Translations under genes and position numbers: made by a program
Assembly (NCBI GenBank): GCA_001779115.1
Contig: MFJF01000015.1
Span: 22,491-86,490 of the forward strand
From: Candidatus Gottesmanbacteria bacterium RIFCSPHIGHO2_01_FULL_40_15
GTDB taxonomy: Bacteria > Patescibacteriota > Microgenomatia > 2-02-FULL-39-11
Direction: 5' to 3'
DNA: 64,000 nucleotides
The notes under the pieces: generated by a model
Databases searched by the model: none
Seen by the model: the letters and a program-made list of their open reading frames with translations, nothing else
Told to the model about the DNA's origin: nothing
Shown here: positions 60,490 to 64,000 of the stretch, piece after piece
Position numbering within the stretch: the stretch's first letter is position 1
How the letters are laid out: the number at the start of each line of letters is the position of its first letter

Positions 60490-61193
60490 TGATTTTGAAA
60501 CTTGACCGGATTGCCGGAAAATATTCCGAAGAAAAAGGATTTGAAAAGGTTATAACTTCATACAAAATCCGGGAAATTATTAAGTTTATCAAAGGCCCTG
60601 ATGTGCTTGATTTGGGATGCGGTGAAGGCATAATCACCCGGGCAATCGCTTCGCTGAATTTTCATGTGGTTGCCGTAGACGGTTCGAAACTCAAACTTCA
60701 AAAAGCCAAAAAGAATATTTCAAATAATAATGTAAAATTTATCCATTCTTTTTTTGAAAATTTTGATCCGCCGGTAAAATTCAATTCCATTGTTATGAGC
60801 AACATTCTGGAACATGTCAATAAGCCCGATAAATTACTGACCCGGGCTAAGTCGTGGCTCAAGCATGACGGCAGAATCATTGCCACAGTCCCTAATGCCG
60901 ATAGTTTAAACAGGTTGTTGGGTTTAAAAATGGGAGTAATTTCCGGTAAAAAGGAATTGACTGCTGAAGATAAACATAAAGGTCATCGGCGGGTTTATGA
61001 TATGAAATCATTGAAAACTGATTTTAAAAGCGCCGGTTTTAAGGTCAAATTTATGGGAGGTATTTTTCTTAAACCGTTACCCCATAAATATATGGAAAAA
61101 ATAGGCGATGAAAATATTTATGAAGGACTTTATAAACTTCGTCTGGAATACCCGAACTTATGTTCTTCGTTAATCGCGGTTGCTTTAAAATGA
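60489..61193 (+). CDS. Class I SAM-dependent methyltransferase
   Basis: VLDLGCGEG, ILEHV, VPNADSLNR, GHRRVY. Confidence 0.9.
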   Translation: MILKLDRIAGKYSEEKGFEKVITSYKIREIIKFIKGPDVLDLGCGEGIITRAIASLNFHVVAVDGSKLKLQKAKKNISNNNVKFIHSFFENFDPPVKFNSIVMSNILEHVNKPDKLLTRAKSWLKHDGRIIATVPNADSLNRLLGLKMGVISGKKELTAEDKHKGHRRVYDMKSLKTDFKSAGFKVKFMGGIFLKPLPHKYMEKIGDENIYEGLYKLRLEYPNLCSSLIAVALK

Positions 61194-61753
61194 ACCGGGT
61201 AAAAGCTGTTTTTTTTGATTTTGACGGTACTATTTTTACATTGAAAATGGATTGGTTAAATCTGAAAAACAATATTATTTCCGAATTCGGCCTTAAAATT
61301 TCTGCAGAATCAAATTTTATGAATAATATATACGATCTGAAAAATGACAAAAAAAAGTCGCAGATTTTAGCCAGGATCACCTTTGAAGAATTGAAAGGAG
61401 TTGAAAACGGGAAACCTGATCACGGTTCTATAGATTTTATAAATTTCTGCCGTAAAAAAAAATATAAATTAGGTGTTGTTTCCAGAAACAGCCGTAAAGC
61501 CATATTATCCGGCTTGGGTAAAATGCGGCTGTCTGAAATACCGGTAATTGGCAGGGAAGATGTTCGAAAACTGAAACCTCATCCGGAAGGATTAATTAAA
61601 ATGATGAGTATGCTTTCAGTATATCGGAATGAGTGTATTTATATCGGTAATGATGCGGTTTCGGACAGGCGGTTTGCTGAAAATGCGAAAGTTAAATTCA
61701 TCCACCTGAAGAGCTGGAATGAAATTAAAATCAACTGCAGATCGTGGAACTGA
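61190..61753 (+). CDS. HAD-family hydrolase/phosphatase
   Basis: Start ATG 61190. FFDFDGT, VSRN, KPHPEG, YIGND...D. Confidence 0.88.
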   Translation: MNRVKAVFFDFDGTIFTLKMDWLNLKNNIISEFGLKISAESNFMNNIYDLKNDKKKSQILARITFEELKGVENGKPDHGSIDFINFCRKKKYKLGVVSRNSRKAILSGLGKMRLSEIPVIGREDVRKLKPHPEGLIKMMSMLSVYRNECIYIGNDAVSDRRFAENAKVKFIHLKSWNEIKINCRSWN

Positions 61754-64000
61754 TCCTGACTATATTAATACCGGTTGTTTTATCGCTTTCAGGTTTACCG
61801 TTCCTTTTGAAAAACAGGTATTTCCGGGAATTCCCGGGTATTCTTCTGTTGGCAATTTCCGTCCAATTAGGCCTATCCCTTGTGATATTTCCGATGGTAA
61901 TTTGGGGTTTAATTTTTGCATCGGGATTTGTTGTGATTGCCAGAATAATTTTCATATTATCTATCCTTCTTTCCGCAATTGGTCTTTATACATTCCTGCG
62001 GAATAAAAAATTTTCCATAAATCTAAAAGAAACGATTAAACTTGTTAAAAATCCTGTTATTGCCGTAACTTTTATATTCTTATTTATCTACTTCTTATTG
62101 TTTGCGTTAAAACCCGTAATTGACTCGGATATAATCAGCAGTTATCTGCCGCTGGGCAGAAGTATCATCAGATCTGACAGTATTCCCCGGCTTAATTATT
62201 ATGATAATAAACCGTTTGTTATACCCCCCGTTGCCGGTCCTGTTTTATTCTCATTTTATTATGCACTTTCAAAAAATATAACCGGTGAAATTTTCCGGTA
62301 TATAAACCTGCCGTTTTTCTTTTCATTCCTGATTTTTTCTTATTATATATTCAGAAAATTTCTGAACAAATCATATTCTTTATTGGCTCTGGTAGTACTT
62401 TTAACAACACCCCTGTTGGAAGATCTTATTTTCAGTGCCGGTCTGTACCCGGATTTCATTTTTGCCTCACTGTGCCTTTTTTCCTTTTGGCTCATGTACT
62501 CTCTGGCAAATACTCCAAAAGCGACAGGACAAAATAGAATATCATTTTTTATCTGTATGTTGATGGGAATTTCAATTGCGCTGGCTATGCTTTTTAAATA
62601 TCAGGCAATTGTACTTTACGTCATTGCTGCCGCTTTTATATTGTCTCAGAATTTAACCGGTTTGTTGAGAAGTCTGGTTTACCTTCTGGATTTATCACCC
62701 CTCTTTTTAATGGAGTATTTCTCAATTAATCCTTATAATAAATTCCCGTTATTTGTTGAATTGGTATTTATCCTGCTGATTACAGTCGCCCTTTTTTTAC
62801 TTCATAAAAACATTAAACCTTTTAAAAAAAGTAATTTATTGAACTTGTACATTTTTTTTATTTTCAGCCTTCCGGGTTTTATTTTTATTGTCAGAAATTT
62901 TTTGGTATTTAATGGTCTTAATGAAACCTCATTAATCTATAACTGGGCTGTAAGTATGGAAAAAACAGTCGGAGAAGAAATTGAACAGGGAAATCTGTAT
63001 TCAATTTTTTCAATCTTTTTAGCGCCCGCTTTATCGGCCTACTGGTTAATTCCGAAAATAACCGGATTATTCATTATGATAAAAAAGAACCGGAAGCATT
63101 TTCTCAATTTGTTTATTATATTTACCTGGACAGGCTATTGGGTTATTGGAATGAGTGCGGTTACTGTCAGATGGTTAATGCCGATTCTGCCTTTTCTGGT
63201 CTTAAGTATAATGGTTGGACTTAAACATTTTTTTAAAAAAATAAATTATTTTACTCAAATAATTTTTACGGGCATTCTTTTTATGATACTTTCATCCAAA
63301 TTCATATTTATTAATTTGGGATCATTGCTTTCAGGGACTGAGAATTTGCGTCAAATAGCCGGGCAGCAGCAAAGCGGCAGCTCCGTTATAAGAAACGGTA
63401 TTGATGGATTTTTAAAAACAATTATTTTTACCCTGACCGCCCGTACTGAATCGGAAAAAGATATATTACAGTTGTTAATCTTGTCTGTTATTTTTTTTAT
63501 TCTGATAAAAAAAATTGCAGATCTATTTGGTTCTGCCAAATCATTAAAAGTCATTTTATTAACAGTTTTTATCATTTACGGCAGTGTGTTTATGTGGGTG
63601 TCAAACGGCAATTTACTGAATTTTACAGAACGTGAAGCTGATCTTGTATTTGACTATTGGGGTCAACAGAGGTATTTGATTCCATATTTGAAAAATCATT
63701 CGGAAAAAGATGATATAGTCTTATCCTACAATATACAAACCGGACTTTCATATTATACCAACATGCGGGTTTTTAATTTGCAGTATGGTGCCGGATTACA
63801 AATCTTTTATCCGATTTTCAATGAAACCGATCCGGAAAAAATCCACCTGTTTTATAAAAAAAACGGATTTAGGTATTTTGTTCTCCTGGATTATCAGGAA
63901 TCGAAAAAACATTGGACCAACTTAAGAAAAAAAACAAAAATTTTTGATATTCTCGATGATAAGCGTTACAGTACTCTTGTACTTAGTCCCAATAATAAAT
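61744..64000 (+). CDS. Large polytopic membrane protein, probable GT-C; runs off window end and is absent from the ORF track
   Basis: Hand-translated from GTG 61744 (MELILTILIPVV...). No stop in frame to 64000 (about 752 codons). Contains DSDIISSYLP, MLFKYQA, VRWLMPILPFL and GLSYYTN. Confidence 0.75.
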   Translation, partial: MELILTILIPVVLSLSGLPFLLKNRYFREFPGILLLAISVQLGLSLVIFPMVIWGLIFASGFVVIARIIFILSILLSAIGLYTFLRNKKFSINLKETIKLVKNPVIAVTFIFLFIYFLLFALKPVIDSDIISSYLPLGRSIIRSDSIPRLNYYDNKPFVIPPVAGPVLFSFYYALSKNITGEIFRYINLPFFFSFLIFSYYIFRKFLNKSYSLLALVVLLTTPLLEDLIFSAGLYPDFIFASLCLFSFWLMYSLANTPKATGQNRISFFICMLMGISIALAMLFKYQAIVLYVIAAAFILSQNLTGLLRSLVYLLDLSPLFLMEYFSINPYNKFPLFVELVFILLITVALFLLHKNIKPFKKSNLLNLYIFFIFSLPGFIFIVRNFLVFNGLNETSLIYNWAVSMEKTVGEEIEQGNLYSIFSIFLAPALSAYWLIPKITGLFIMIKKNRKHFLNLFIIFTWTGYWVIGMSAVTVRWLMPILPFLVLSIMVGLKHFFKKINYFTQIIFTGILFMILSSKFIFINLGSLLSGTENLRQIAGQQQSGSSVIRNGIDGFLKTIIFTLTARTESEKDILQLLILSVIFFILIKKIADLFGSAKSLKVILLTVFIIYGSVFMWVSNGNLLNFTEREADLVFDYWGQQRYLIPYLKNHSEKDDIVLSYNIQTGLSYYTNMRVFNLQYGAGLQIFYPIFNETDPEKIHLFYKKNGFRYFVLLDYQESKKHWTNLRKKTKIFDILDDKRYSTLVLSPNNK

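Noticed and set aside
1877-63575. Many short (60-190 aa) overlapping or antisense ORFs in the track, e.g. 20255..20818, 6732..7151, 61719..62006
   Set aside because: They are shadows of long, motif-bearing CDSs and have no recognisable domains or start context
1-64000. CRISPR arrays, tRNA/rRNA, IS/transposases, integrases, alternative genetic code
   Set aside because: Intergenic gaps are under 100 bp with no repeats or RNA-gene signatures seen, and there are no recombinase ORFs. TGA behaves as a normal stop in many ATGA gene overlaps.

Overview
The whole 64 kb window is one dense cell-envelope glycosylation super-locus of about 55 CDS. Nearly all are on the + strand and translationally coupled, and both ends are cut through genes. 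It encodes about 17 polytopic GT-C-like membrane glycosyltransferases (ArnT/PMT-like, YfhO/PF10131-like and PIG-V-like, including five close paralogs plus one internally shortened copy at 25-36 kb). It also encodes 5 DPM1/ALG5-like GT2 polyprenyl-phosphate sugar synthases, 10 other soluble GT2/GT4 enzymes, one Wzx-type flippase, many NDP-sugar enzymes (tyvelose-epimerase-like, GalE-like, Fcl/ColC-like x2, ColD-like, RmlD-like, UGM-like flavoprotein) and a tailoring block (AsnB, 2 methyltransferases, ATP-grasp, Gfo/Idh/MocA, HAD). Embedded oddities are a tgt with an altered substrate pocket and a non-canonical transaldolase-family plus HisC-like PLP enzyme pair. Gene style and family content suggest a CPR (Microgenomates-like) bacterium using code 11; this is an inference. 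Two sequence-level signals stand out: strong enrichment of the palindrome CCGG, and -10 boxes 6-7 nt before start codons (probable leaderless mRNAs). I found no rRNA, tRNA, CRISPR or mobile element. All family calls come from motif recognition by eye, with no database searches.
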